64,000 nt of DNA, taken from contig OZ251227.1 of NCBI GenBank assembly GCA_965240325.2, positions 3,286,001-3,350,000 on the forward strand, read 5' to 3'. The position numbers were made by a program, and so were the translations under genes. A model generated the notes under the pieces. It was given only the letters and a program-made list of their open reading frames with translations, did not search any database and had not been told where the DNA came from. Shown in pieces: positions 12,060-22,447 of this stretch (positions are counted from its first letter, which is position 1; every line of letters starts with the position of its first letter). This stretch comes from Rebecca billardiae RCC1528 (Eukaryota > Protista > Haptophyta).

Positions 12060-15000
12060 TTCAGGGGCATCGCCAGGCTGGCACTGCCAGGCAGACAAGT
12101 GAGCAGGCTGCAGCGGGAAGGCCACAGGCGAGGGGCTCAGGCAACAGGGCTGAGGAACGTTCGCTCACAATCGCCTGTGGGAACGTAGGGGGCATGGCAG
12201 GCTTGACACGCAGGGCAAGACTGCAGAGCATCCTGGACACCAAGCGCTGGGACATTGTTCTGCTCCAAGAGACCGCGCTCACTAGAGACAAAGCCACTCA
12301 GGACATCCTTAGTGGCTATACGACCTACCACGACCCAATGCCCCCCAACTCGTGCTCAGGCAGAGGAGTGGCAATAGCAGTGCTGAAGGATGGCAGGCTG
12401 CCTCTCTCCAGGCTGGAGGTGACCCGCAGCGGCACTGAAGGCGGCCAGGACACTGCCGGATACATGCTCCAGGGGCGCCTGGTCTTCACCACCGCCAGGG
12501 GTACCAGCTTTGTGGTGAAGGCCACATCCTTCTACATCCCCCCTCACAGTAACCGCAACAGAGCAACTATACTGCCATGGGTAACAGAAGTCCTCCGCAC
12601 GGGCACCCCGCTACACACGGGCCGACAAGATCTCCTCAGGCTTGCAGGAGGGGACGCCAATGGCACTTGGGAGGTCGGCGAGGCACTTAGGCGGCTCGAC
12701 ACAACACGCGCGTTCACCGCTCACCGACCAGGGGATTTCAAAGCGGCCATGGAGACAGTGACTGACCTTCACAACATGAAACCAACCGGCAGTTTCAACC
12801 CTGCCACCGAATACACCCACTCGAGTGGCAACACCCTGGCCCGACTGGACTACATATTCACCAACATGGCAGAGCTAACGCAACACTTTTGGCACTCGGA
12901 CCCTCTCCTGGAGGACGCATGCATCCCTGCGCTCCCCAACGGGGACGGGAGCACCCACCATTTTCTCCAGGGTAGAATCCCACTGCACAAGCTGCGGGGG
13001 GCCACCAGGCCTGTGGTCCACGAGCTCTACAGGCCATACAGGTTCTACATCAACCTGGCACACGGAGAGACGGTCAAGGAACTCAAAGCCGCACTATCCG
13101 ACCCCGTAGAGAGCGACATCAGGCGGCTGGACGACGTCCACACCCATGCACACCTGTTCGCAGCCCCAGTTGCGACGATTACTGCAGCTCCGCCACAAGT
13201 GGTGAGCGACATGGAGGAAGCCCTCCCTGCCGTCCTGGAGTGGCTCGCCTCCGTAGCAACTGGCAGAGTCACGTCTGCACTCGACTCCAGCCAGCAGCCA
13301 CTGGAGACCACAGTAGCCCCTGGCAGGCGGGCCCCCAAAGCGATCGCGCCGAATGCCCTCAGGGATTTCAAACTGGGGAATGCGTACCGCCGCCAGGTCG
13401 CAGTGATCACCAGGCTGCAGCAAATCCGCCCAGGTGCTAGCGAGCAGCATGGGGAAGTGCACACAGGCTTCAGGTACAGCAGCCACAGCAGGCATGGGCG
13501 ACTTGCGGAGCCGGTGCACCTGGCAAAAGCACTGGACAGTTATGAATCGGCACTGACTACCGCAAACGTCCCCCCTGAGGGTATGCCCCAGCTGCTCGGC
13601 TTGCCTTTCCCCACCCTGGAGGCCATCTACCAGGCTGGGCCCGCCTCGACAGCACAGTGGCTGTCGGAACTGAAAGCACGACAAGCCTTGCACCAAAATG
13701 AATACGAGCTCCTGCAGCGCGAGCACGAGGACACTCTTGCCAAGGACAGGACGAGAAAAATCCAAGACGACATGCGGAGGAAATGCACCCGCCACTTTCG
13801 CAAAATGCTCTTCCCCAAATCAAACCATGCTGGATTCGAGATGATGATGCTCAATGACCTGGACGCTGGCAGTGGGAAAATTACCTCCGACCCAAGCAAA
13901 ATCAAACGCTACGCAGAGGCGCACACGGCGAACAACGTGGGGACAGCGCCGAGCTGCAGGCAGGGGCCTGCCATTGAGGATACAAATGAAGCAGTCTGGG
14001 AAGAGATCCGAAGCAGATGGACTCCTGCCCAGCGAGCGCTGGAAAGCTCCCTGCTGGACCTGGAAGGCCTGCGCTCCCTCCTGGCAAAAGCTGACTCGAA
14101 CGCTGCCCCTGGTTTGGACGGGATCCAAGTATGCGCGTTGAAACTCTTGATAAAGATCAACAAAGCCTTTGAAGGCATCTTGGTCAACATCGTCAACACA
14201 ATCCTCCGCGCAGCGGCTGTACCAGCCCACCTCAAAGACGCAGAGCTTGCCTACTTCTACAAAGGCAAAGGGGACCCTCACGATCTGAACAATTATAGGG
14301 GAGTGGCACTCCAAAGCACTGTGTACAAACTGGCGGCAGCACACAGGCCGAGATGCATCCAGTCGATCTGTGACCAGCTGGGTCTGATCTCGCCGGAACA
14401 AGCGGCCGCGAGCAAGCACAGGCAGCCGGAGCTCCAAGTGGCGGCACTGGTGGCAGCCATGACCCATGCCAAGGCCAGTTCTGCCGAGATCCACGTCACT
14501 ACATGTGATATAAGCAAGGCCTTTGACAGAGTGCCCCATGAGTCGCTGAGGAAGGCCCTTCTCCTGCACGGCTTCTCCGCCCAACTAATTGATGAACTTG
14601 ACCGACTGGACGCTCACTCTGTGGCCACCACCAGGACCCCCTATGGCCACACTGACAAAGTGCCGATACTGCGTGGGTGCAAGCAAGGCTGCCAGCTAAG
14701 TCCCATAAAATTCTGTCTCTTCATGAACATGTTCATTGCGTCCTACTCAGCCAGCCACCCTGACCATGGATACTCGTTTCCAGCCGCCAGGCATGACGCT
14801 GGCGCAGGAGACTCCCTGAAGGTGCGCATCTTGGGGTACATGGACGACATAGCTTTCCTTGCAGAGTCAGAGACGGACAGCGCCGCCCAAGTGCGCGCAC
14901 TGGGACTATTCCTCAGCACTCACTGCATGGCACTCAACCCCTCGAAGTGTGTGCACGCAAAGAAAGGAAGGGGCAGAGGGGCGCACGGCGCGCCTCCTCT

Positions 15001-15607
15001 GCCCCCCCTCCGCGTTGAGATAGCCGGTGAGCAGGCCACTGTCCCCTCCATCGGACCAGACACCCACTTTGAGTACCTCGGATACGTCCTCACCCTCCAC
15101 CTCGATTGGTCAAAGCACGCCGCAAAACTGGAGACAAAGCTGCGCGCGGCCTCCTGGAAAGTGGCAGTAGCGGCCAGGGACCCTGCCTGCCACACTGTGA
15201 CCACAGGCACTCTCCTCCAGCATGATGTGGTCTCTGTGGCAGGCTACTACCTGGCTGCGAGCGATGTGCGCCGCTACTGCATCACAGACAAAATGCGCGC
15301 CATCGTGATGGACATCGTGTGGGGCAGAGCTGGTCTCCCGCCCTCCGCGGCCCGCATAGCAGGCAGTGGGCCAGCCCCCAGCATGGGGATAGGCCCGGAG
15401 GAGCCGAGCGCCCTGCAGGCCGGGGTGCAAGCGGCTGCCCTCCTTCGGACTGCCAACAGCCCCACACAAGTGGGCCTGCTCACTAGGACCTGCCTGGAGG
15501 CACACCGACAACAACCGGCCAACGGAACACTGGCGCCCCCTGCAGTGAGAGGCGGAATAAAGACTGGCCGATGTGGCGACACTCCCATAGCTTTCCTGAC
15601 GGCCTGA
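12056..15607 (+). CDS. LINE ORF2: apurinic-like endonuclease plus reverse transcriptase
   Basis: APE motifs: IACGNVGG, DIVLLQET, GVAI, FYIPP, GGDANG, ARLDYIF, STHH. RT motifs: APGLDG, KGKGDPHDLNNYRGVAL, DISKAFDRVPH, GCKQGCQLSP, YMDD, LNPSKC, FEYLG. Confidence 0.95.
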   Translation: MIQGHRQAGTARQTSEQAAAGRPQARGSGNRAEERSLTIACGNVGGMAGLTRRARLQSILDTKRWDIVLLQETALTRDKATQDILSGYTTYHDPMPPNSCSGRGVAIAVLKDGRLPLSRLEVTRSGTEGGQDTAGYMLQGRLVFTTARGTSFVVKATSFYIPPHSNRNRATILPWVTEVLRTGTPLHTGRQDLLRLAGGDANGTWEVGEALRRLDTTRAFTAHRPGDFKAAMETVTDLHNMKPTGSFNPATEYTHSSGNTLARLDYIFTNMAELTQHFWHSDPLLEDACIPALPNGDGSTHHFLQGRIPLHKLRGATRPVVHELYRPYRFYINLAHGETVKELKAALSDPVESDIRRLDDVHTHAHLFAAPVATITAAPPQVVSDMEEALPAVLEWLASVATGRVTSALDSSQQPLETTVAPGRRAPKAIAPNALRDFKLGNAYRRQVAVITRLQQIRPGASEQHGEVHTGFRYSSHSRHGRLAEPVHLAKALDSYESALTTANVPPEGMPQLLGLPFPTLEAIYQAGPASTAQWLSELKARQALHQNEYELLQREHEDTLAKDRTRKIQDDMRRKCTRHFRKMLFPKSNHAGFEMMMLNDLDAGSGKITSDPSKIKRYAEAHTANNVGTAPSCRQGPAIEDTNEAVWEEIRSRWTPAQRALESSLLDLEGLRSLLAKADSNAAPGLDGIQVCALKLLIKINKAFEGILVNIVNTILRAAAVPAHLKDAELAYFYKGKGDPHDLNNYRGVALQSTVYKLAAAHRPRCIQSICDQLGLISPEQAAASKHRQPELQVAALVAAMTHAKASSAEIHVTTCDISKAFDRVPHESLRKALLLHGFSAQLIDELDRLDAHSVATTRTPYGHTDKVPILRGCKQGCQLSPIKFCLFMNMFIASYSASHPDHGYSFPAARHDAGAGDSLKVRILGYMDDIAFLAESETDSAAQVRALGLFLSTHCMALNPSKCVHAKKGRGRGAHGAPPLPPLRVEIAGEQATVPSIGPDTHFEYLGYVLTLHLDWSKHAAKLETKLRAASWKVAVAARDPACHTVTTGTLLQHDVVSVAGYYLAASDVRRYCITDKMRAIVMDIVWGRAGLPPSAARIAGSGPAPSMGIGPEEPSALQAGVQAAALLRTANSPTQVGLLTRTCLEAHRQQPANGTLAPPAVRGGIKTGRCGDTPIAFLTA

Positions 15608-16096
15608 GGTACGAGTGGTCGTTGCCCGCAAAACTGCACGAAAATAAACATTTTGCCACGTTTGCGGAAATGGCGGCGCTCCCGGCCGCTCTGCCGCTGA
15701 CTTCGCCCGCTGGCAGTCGCAGTGGGAGCCGACCACTCGTACCTTCGGCCGTCAGACAGGAGGTCGTGTACCGCCCGCGCGCCGCGGCCTCGCACGGCGC
15801 GGAGAGGCCGCTCCAGGGGGCGACATCCGCTTGGGCGCGGTCCATCTTGACGCCATCGAGGGGCCCACAGCTCCTAACGCCCCTGCACGCTTCACCTCGC
15901 CGCGCGCGAGCGCGTTCAAAACGGCCTCCATCCTGAGGTCCATCCGCGGCCAGTCTTTATGGCGGCCCTGTCGCTCGCGCCCAGGGGCACAGAGCCATGG
16001 CTGCTGGCCTGCTCCGCAACACTGGCCAACCTGACCCTGTGAGAGGCCTGCAGGTCCCCCCTCATCCCTAGCAGGGCCTCTGATCAGGAGAGACTC

Positions 16097-18557
16097 GTGG
16101 AGCTGTTAGCGGACTGGGACGCGCGGGACTACGCAGCCCTGGGCGACACCCCCATGGGCACCCTGCTGCAGGCTGCAAGTGCAGGGGGAGACGGCCAGCC
16201 TAGCCTGATGGAGCGCAGCATCCTGAGCGATAATGGCACGTCTATGGAACGCCTGCTCAACGCACAGGGCACCCCAGCTCTCAGCCATCTCACACACACT
16301 GGCAGCAGCATGGTGTGGACGGCTGTGCAGCACCACGCAGGAGCTGCGGAAGCAATGGCAGGCCTCATTGTCCGCACTGCGGTAAAACTGGCCACGAGCC
16401 CCGCAAATTTCCTGTACACCGCCCATCTGCAGGAAGCCAGAACGGCCGCCTATGAGGCAGATGTGCCCACTGCACCAGCAGACGTGACCCAGGCAGCAGC
16501 CACCGTCACAGCGGGGGTAGATGGGTCGTACAAGCCAGACACAGCCACAGGGGCCGCTGGGGCCGCCTACATTGTACATGCCCGTGGCGCAGGCCGGCTG
16601 CAAGACCAGGAGTGCGTGCGCCTGGCAAGTGCCACATACCACGGGCAGCAGACTGCAGCCAACTCGGAGGTGGCATCTGCCACACTCCTCACCAAACTCC
16701 TGGCTGGCCTACCAGGTAGCACCATTCATGTCAGCTGGGACTGCGACGATGCACTCAAGCACCTCCTCTGGGCCAGGCCAGCGTTGGACTCCGCAGCAGG
16801 GGGCCAGGCAGCCCAGCCAAATACCACCCGCCCCCCAGGCTGGGAGCCCAGAATGAGCAAGAATCAGGCCCACAACCCGCACATGTCCAGGCTCCTGCAT
16901 GTGATTGACGAGTGCTCTCGCGGCACCACCTGGATGTACTACCCCCAAATGAGCGGCCACTCGCGCGGAAGGGGTGGACCATCACTGGACGATATGGTGC
17001 GCGAAATTCTCCAGAGTGCCCCCTCCCCAGCTGGCATCGCTGCGCAGAGCCACCAGGGCCTTCGTGGGCACCGAACCTTCCTCCGAAGACGTGGACCGCA
17101 CTGTATGCAACCTGTGTGCGGACTGGGCAGCCAAGCGAGTGGCTGTGGATGGCATGGACCCATCACACAGGCTAGGAAAGAACGTCTGGCTCCCTGCAGC
17201 ATATGGGCTGGTGGACACTGCAGGGGCTCTCCTGCAGTCAGGGCCCCTCCCTGTCAGGAGGCTGGTAATAGAGCGCGCCCGCAAAGCAGCCCTGGAGGCG
17301 CGCCTGGATCCCACCCCTGGCAACGACGAGTCCCCCGAACAGGCGGCAGAGAGGCAGCGCAGGAGCGCCAAGTACGCCATCAAGATGGGGGACGACTCCC
17401 TACACACCCAGGAATCCACCCTCTCGCTGCGGAACCAGTTCACCAAGCCAGAGCGCCTCACCAAGTTCGTCCTCAGGTGCTGCGTCGGGGCGCTGGAGTA
17501 TAATCAAGATGCTGCGGGGGCCAACCCAGGATTGGATGCAGTCCCATATAGCCAGCAATGGCCGGACGACTGCACGCTGGGCACCGACTGTCTGTTCTGC
17601 CTCGAGGCAGGATCGGACGCCCCTGGGCCGGACTCTGCCACGCACGTCTTCTGTGACTGCCCCCACGCCGACGCCAGGAGCATGGCACAGCATAGCATCA
17701 TCCGGATGCTTGACAAGCGCACTGGCTGCAGGATGCCGATGCAAGACAGGCAAGACCTGGCAGAGCAGGCTACAGCCCACCGGCACTACTATGCGGGCCA
17801 GATCCCCAAGGCAGTAGTGGCAGCCGCCCAGGAGAGCGCAAAACAGTACCCCTGGCGGACCGCGCGGGACGGGGGAGACAGTAACAGCGCCTCTGCCGAT
17901 GCAGACCAGTCAGACGAGCAGGATGGCCAGCCAGCCGGGCGGGACGGCAGCTACAAGGTGGGAAGCTTACACTCTACCATCGTCAGCGTCACCACCCACA
18001 TCCACCACAAGCGCCTCGAGCTAGCTACAGCTGGGACGGAGGGCCGCCAGCGCCGGTACGACCTCGCGCACTTCCTCACAGCTCTCCGCCGCGGCCGCCT
18101 CACAGGGGGAGCGAGCCCCAGAGATGGGCAGACCCAGGGATCGTCCGCCAGCGGCCCAAGACTCACACCCTCCCCTGGCCGAACACAGGGCCCCCGACCC
18201 CCATCAAGCAGCCAGGAGGGCCCAGCAGGGGGGCGCCAGCCCCCGGCCGGCAGCAGGGCCCCTCCACCCCCTGGCCCACTGGCCCAGCAGGAACCTGGCC
18301 AAGAGGCCCTCAATGCCTACTATGCAGCAGCTGAACTGCAGGATGCTGACGTCGATGGCACTGGTGCCAACTGCGGGTTCCTTGCGGTACTGGGCGTCAC
18401 CCGCGCAGGGGCGAGCTCAACCAGAACCACCAGGCCCAGCAGAGACACGACCATCCCCCACAAGTACCGGAACCAGTCCCCGACGGCGAGTCCAACTACT
18501 ACTAACTTCGGCGAGTCCAACTACTACAAACTTCGGCGAGTCCATGACTACTACTAA
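16097..18557 (+). pseudogene. LINE 3' coding region: RNase H, CCHC zinc knuckle and OTU-like Cys motif, with a frameshift near 17.0 kb
   Basis: RNase H acidic motifs GVDGS / NSEVAS / SWDCD lie in frame 16097 and CNLCADWAAK in frame 16974. Followed by CLFC...DSATHVFCDC and LQDADVDGTGANCGFLAVLG. Confidence 0.75.
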
Positions 18558-19423
18558 CTTCGGCAAGTCCAACTACTACTAACTTCGGGGAGTCCAACTA
18601 CTACTACTAACTTCGGCGAGTCCAACTACTACTAACCTCGGCGAGTCCAACTACTACTAACCTCGGCGAGTCCAACTACTACTAACTTCGGCGAGTCCAA
18701 CTACTACTAACTTCGGCGAGTCCAACTACCACTAACTTCGGCGAGTCCAACTACTACTAACTTCGGCGAGTCCAACTACTACTAACTTCGGCGAGTCCAA
18801 CTACTACTAACCTCGGCGAGTCCAACTACTACTAACCTCGGCGAGTCCAACTACTACTAACTTCGGCGAGTCCAACTACTACTAACTTCGGCGAGTCCAA
18901 CTACTACTTCGGCGAGTCCAACTACTACTAACTTCGGGGAGTCCAACTACTACTACTAACTTCGGCGAGTCCAACTACTACTAACTTCGGCGAGTCCAAC
19001 TACTACCAATTTCGGCGAGTCCAACTACTACTAACTTCGGCGAGTCCAACTACCACTAACTTCAGCGAGTCCAACTACTACTAACCTCGGCGAGTCCAAC
19101 TACTACTAACTTCGGCGAGTCCAACTACTACTAACTTCGGCGAGTCCAACTACCACTAACTTCAGCGAGTCCAACTACTACTAACTTCGGCGAGTCCAAC
19201 TACTACTAACTTCGGGGAGTCCAACTACTACTACTAACTTCGGCGAGTCCAACTACTACTAACTTCGGCGAGTCCAACTACTACCAATTTCGGCGAGTCC
19301 AACTACTACTAACTCAGGCGAGTCCAACTACTACTAACTTCGGCGAGTCCAACTACTACCAACTTCGGCGAGTCCAACTACTACTAACTCAGGCGATCGA
19401 GTCCAACTACTACTAACTTCGGC
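18484..19423 (+). repeat. Tandem array of ~37 copies of 25-bp CGGCGAGTCCAACTACTACTAACTT with recurring variants
   Basis: Read directly. Head-to-tail units with no spacers. The variant CGGGGAGTCC followed by an extra CTA recurs at ~18586, ~18935 and ~19213. Confidence 0.97.
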
Positions 19424-20134
19424 CACAACATCATCCACCAGCTGCTGACCAAGAACAGGCTACACCATCGTCCACCATGACCTGCCACTGACCAAGTAGG
19501 CGACGACATCATCCGCACCAGCTGCTGACCAAGTAGGGGACGGCCTGGCCGACGCCAACATGCTCACTCGCCTTTGATTTCGTACCCATGCACTTCCTGG
19601 TGGGCCTGACGACGTCCGGACGACGACAACAACGACACCCGCCATGGGGACCAACATCAACGCGCTCACACCACTGCCACTGCTGCAAGCTTCGACCAGT
19701 ACCACTACAGACGAATCAGGAGAGCTGCGCCCTCGTGCCTGTGTCTTTAAATCATAGAATTAGTCCGGCTGGGCCGATGGCATGACCGATGGCTCCGATG
19801 ACTCCGGACATATATATATAACGCGGAGTGCCGTCGTGACGGTTGTGACGATCGCAGATCGACATCAGATCTGCCGCTCAGCCCGGTCGCCTGTGCATCC
19901 TACTTCCTGCTAGGCCTAGCGAGTAGCGGATCTGACGGCTTCTGACGCGGGGCGCGGTCCGCGGGCGGACCGCGCCCCGGTCCGCGCGCTCGGACCGGTT
20001 ACTGACCGCGCGCCGCCGTCCGGGCGGTCGCACAGAATGGCTACCGATGGCGGCAGCCGCGGCCGAGCGCTGCGGCGGTGACGGCCGAGGCGCCCACGAG
20101 CCTCCCGAAGCGCACCTCCCGAAGCGCCCCGTTC

Positions 20135-20730
20135 TCAGTCATTCGGCAGCTTGGTCAGACCGCCGACCTCCCAGTGCATCTCGACATAACGGTCCATGCC
20201 CTCGAGCGTCTCGTCGTCGCACATCATCATACCGTCATGCACTTCCGCATCGGCGCCGGTCGGCCCCTCGCGGTCGTCGGTGCCTCCCTCGGCCAGGTAC
20301 TCGTCGTCGGCCTCGTCCCCGGGGTCACACTCGAGCTTGCGCAGCACGCTCGTCCACGCGTTCGTGTTGCCGAGCAGAACGCGCCAGGCCTCGAGCGCGA
20401 ACCGCACGCCCGCCCGCCCACCATGGTAGTTGTAGACATGCCGACCAACGCTGTCCACTGTCTCGTCAAAGTCACTGTCTCGTCAAAGTCCTTGCGGCCC
20501 AGCCGAGCGTACATGCCACCGATCTGCTCGTGCACCTGCTCCGAATAGTGAGGTGCGATCGGCGGGATCGGTCCGCCAAAAGCGGGGAGGGCGGCGACCT
20601 TGTCGTCGCGCCGTTTGAGGATGTCGTGCGCCTCCTTGAAGGTCGGGAAGCGCTGGAGCTTGACCCTTGACCTCAGCGACGACCTGTCCAAGCCGTCACC
20701 ACCCTCGAAGCCGGCGTCGTCCTCAGACAT
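20135..20730 (-). pseudogene. Acidic hypothetical protein (192 aa when repaired) frameshifted by a 17-bp tandem duplication
   Basis: ACTGTCTCGTCAAAGTC is duplicated at 20457-20490. Removing one copy joins MSEDDAGF...RKDFDETV to DSVGRHVYNY...LPND* (579 nt, in frame). Confidence 0.65.
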
Positions 20731-20896
20731 GTCGGACGTACAGTACTCACTCTCCGGCTCGGCGACGCGCGCGCGACCGCGCGTGCGCAGTGCGCACTGC
20801 GCACTGAGGAGCAAACGGGCCGCCCGCCGAAACAGGCGCGGGCAACTCCCCAACGACCTCAAACGCGCGAACGGCAGGCAGCAGCACCTCGCGCAG

Positions 20897-22447
20897 ATGG
20901 CAGAGGAGAGCGCAGCGGTCAAGCTCCTTCGGCGCCGATCCTCCAAAGGCGACGCGCGCGCCGCGCTCCTCCTGGCCAAGCGCCTTGAGACCGGAGACGG
21001 CGCTGCGCCGGACGGTAACGAGGCGTTTCGGCTGTACCGCCTCGCCGCCGAGCGCGGGCTGGCGGATGCGCAGGCGCGGCTCGGCCAGCTGTACCAGGAC
21101 GGCTGTCTCGGCCTGACGCAGGACCACTCGGAGGCCGTGCGCTGGTTCCGGATGGCCGCCGAGCAGGGCTTCGCCGACGCGCAGCTCGAGATGGGCGTGT
21201 GCTGCGACCGCGGCGAGGGCGTGCCGCAGGACATGGACGAGGCGCTGCGCTGGTACCGGCTGGCGGCCGTGCAGGGCAGCGCGGGCGCGCAGTACAACCT
21301 GGGCGTTTGCTACGAGCGCGGCGAGTGCGTGCCGCAGGATCTGCCCGAGGCCGCGCGATGGTTCCGCCGCGCGGCCGAGCAGGGCTGGGCGGACGCGCAG
21401 TACAACCTGGGCGTGCTCGCTGAGGCCGAGGACGCGGCGGCGGCGGCGCGTTGGTACCGGCAGGCGGCCGATCAGGGCCACGCGCCCGCGCAGTACAACC
21501 TCGGCGTGTGCCACGCGCAGGGCAACGGCGTGCCGCAGGACCTGCCCGGCGCGGTGCGCTGCTTCCGCCGAGCGGCCGAGCAGGGCCGCGCGGACGCGCA
21601 GTTCAACCTCGGCCTCTGCCTCACCCAAGGCGAGGGCGTCGAGCCGGACGCGGCGGAGGCGGCGCGGTGGTACCGACGGGCGGCGGAGCAGGGCCACGTG
21701 GACGCGCAGTTCCTCCTGGGTATGCGCTACGAGGAGGGAGACGGCGTGCCGCAGGACGCGGCGGAGGCAGCGCGCTGGTACCGGCAGGCAGCCGAGCACG
21801 GCCATTCAGATGCGCAGTTCAGCTTGGGCGTGCTGCATGACCGCGGCGAGGGCGTGGCGCAGGACCGCGCGGAGGCGGCGCGGTGGTTCGAGCTCGCGGC
21901 GGAGCAGGGTGACCAGAACGCGCAGTACAACCTCGGCGCGCTGTACGCGCACGGCGAGAGCGTGCCGCGCGACGCGGCCGCGGCGGCGCGCTGGCTGCGG
22001 CTCGCGGCCGAGCAGGGCCACGCTGATGCGCAGCTTCAGCTGGCTGAGTGCTTCGAGGGCGGTGAGGGCGCGGCGGCGCTCGCGGTAGCCCATCGGCCGG
22101 TGGATCAAAGCGGCACGTCGCTCGGCTACCACAAGCTCGGGCTGCGGCTCTTGTCGGGCGCGGGCGTTGAGCGCGACGTCGAGGAGGGCGCGCGGCTGCT
22201 GCACCACGCGCACGCGCTCGACGACACGCTTGACCCGAGCCAGGCGCTCGCGCGGTTCGCCGGCGACGCGGAGGTGGTCTCCAAGTGCTGCATGGTGTGC
22301 GCGCAGACTGGGCGCGGCCTCAGGAAGTGCGACCGGTGCCACGTGGCGGTGTTCTGCTCGCAGAACCACCTGCGCCAAGCGTGGAAGGCGCACCGGCTGC
22401 ACTGCCACGACTGGTGCACAGAGACGCGGGAGTGGCGGCGTCTGTGA
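20897..22447 (+). CDS. Sel1-like repeat protein with C-terminal MYND zinc finger (paralog A)
   Basis: About 11 repeats of A..WYR.AAEQG.A.AQYNLG..Y..GEGV.QD, followed by CMVC...CDRC..AVFCSQNH...WKAHRLHC. ATG at 20897. Confidence 0.92.
   Translation: MAEESAAVKLLRRRSSKGDARAALLLAKRLETGDGAAPDGNEAFRLYRLAAERGLADAQARLGQLYQDGCLGLTQDHSEAVRWFRMAAEQGFADAQLEMGVCCDRGEGVPQDMDEALRWYRLAAVQGSAGAQYNLGVCYERGECVPQDLPEAARWFRRAAEQGWADAQYNLGVLAEAEDAAAAARWYRQAADQGHAPAQYNLGVCHAQGNGVPQDLPGAVRCFRRAAEQGRADAQFNLGLCLTQGEGVEPDAAEAARWYRRAAEQGHVDAQFLLGMRYEEGDGVPQDAAEAARWYRQAAEHGHSDAQFSLGVLHDRGEGVAQDRAEAARWFELAAEQGDQNAQYNLGALYAHGESVPRDAAAAARWLRLAAEQGHADAQLQLAECFEGGEGAAALAVAHRPVDQSGTSLGYHKLGLRLLSGAGVERDVEEGARLLHHAHALDDTLDPSQALARFAGDAEVVSKCCMVCAQTGRGLRKCDRCHVAVFCSQNHLRQAWKAHRLHCHDWCTETREWRRL

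Larger units (their letters stand above)
10450..19750 (+). mobile_element. Non-LTR retrotransposon (APE-type LINE with RNase H), frameshifted; boundaries approximate, no TSD found
   Basis: APE, RT, RNase H and CCHC domains lie in order on the + strand. Composition is visibly CpG-poorer and CA/TG-richer than host genes from ~10.45 to ~19.75 kb. Confidence 0.9.

Noticed and set aside
15609-16053. Intron (GTACGA...CTGCAG) rejoining the RT and RNase H ORFs
   Set aside because: The in-frame TGA at 15605-15607 lies before the donor, so splicing would not restore a continuous ORF.
18484-19423. CRISPR array or true telomere
   Set aside because: Units are head-to-tail with no unique spacers, there are no cas genes, the context is eukaryotic, and the array is internal with unique sequence on both sides.
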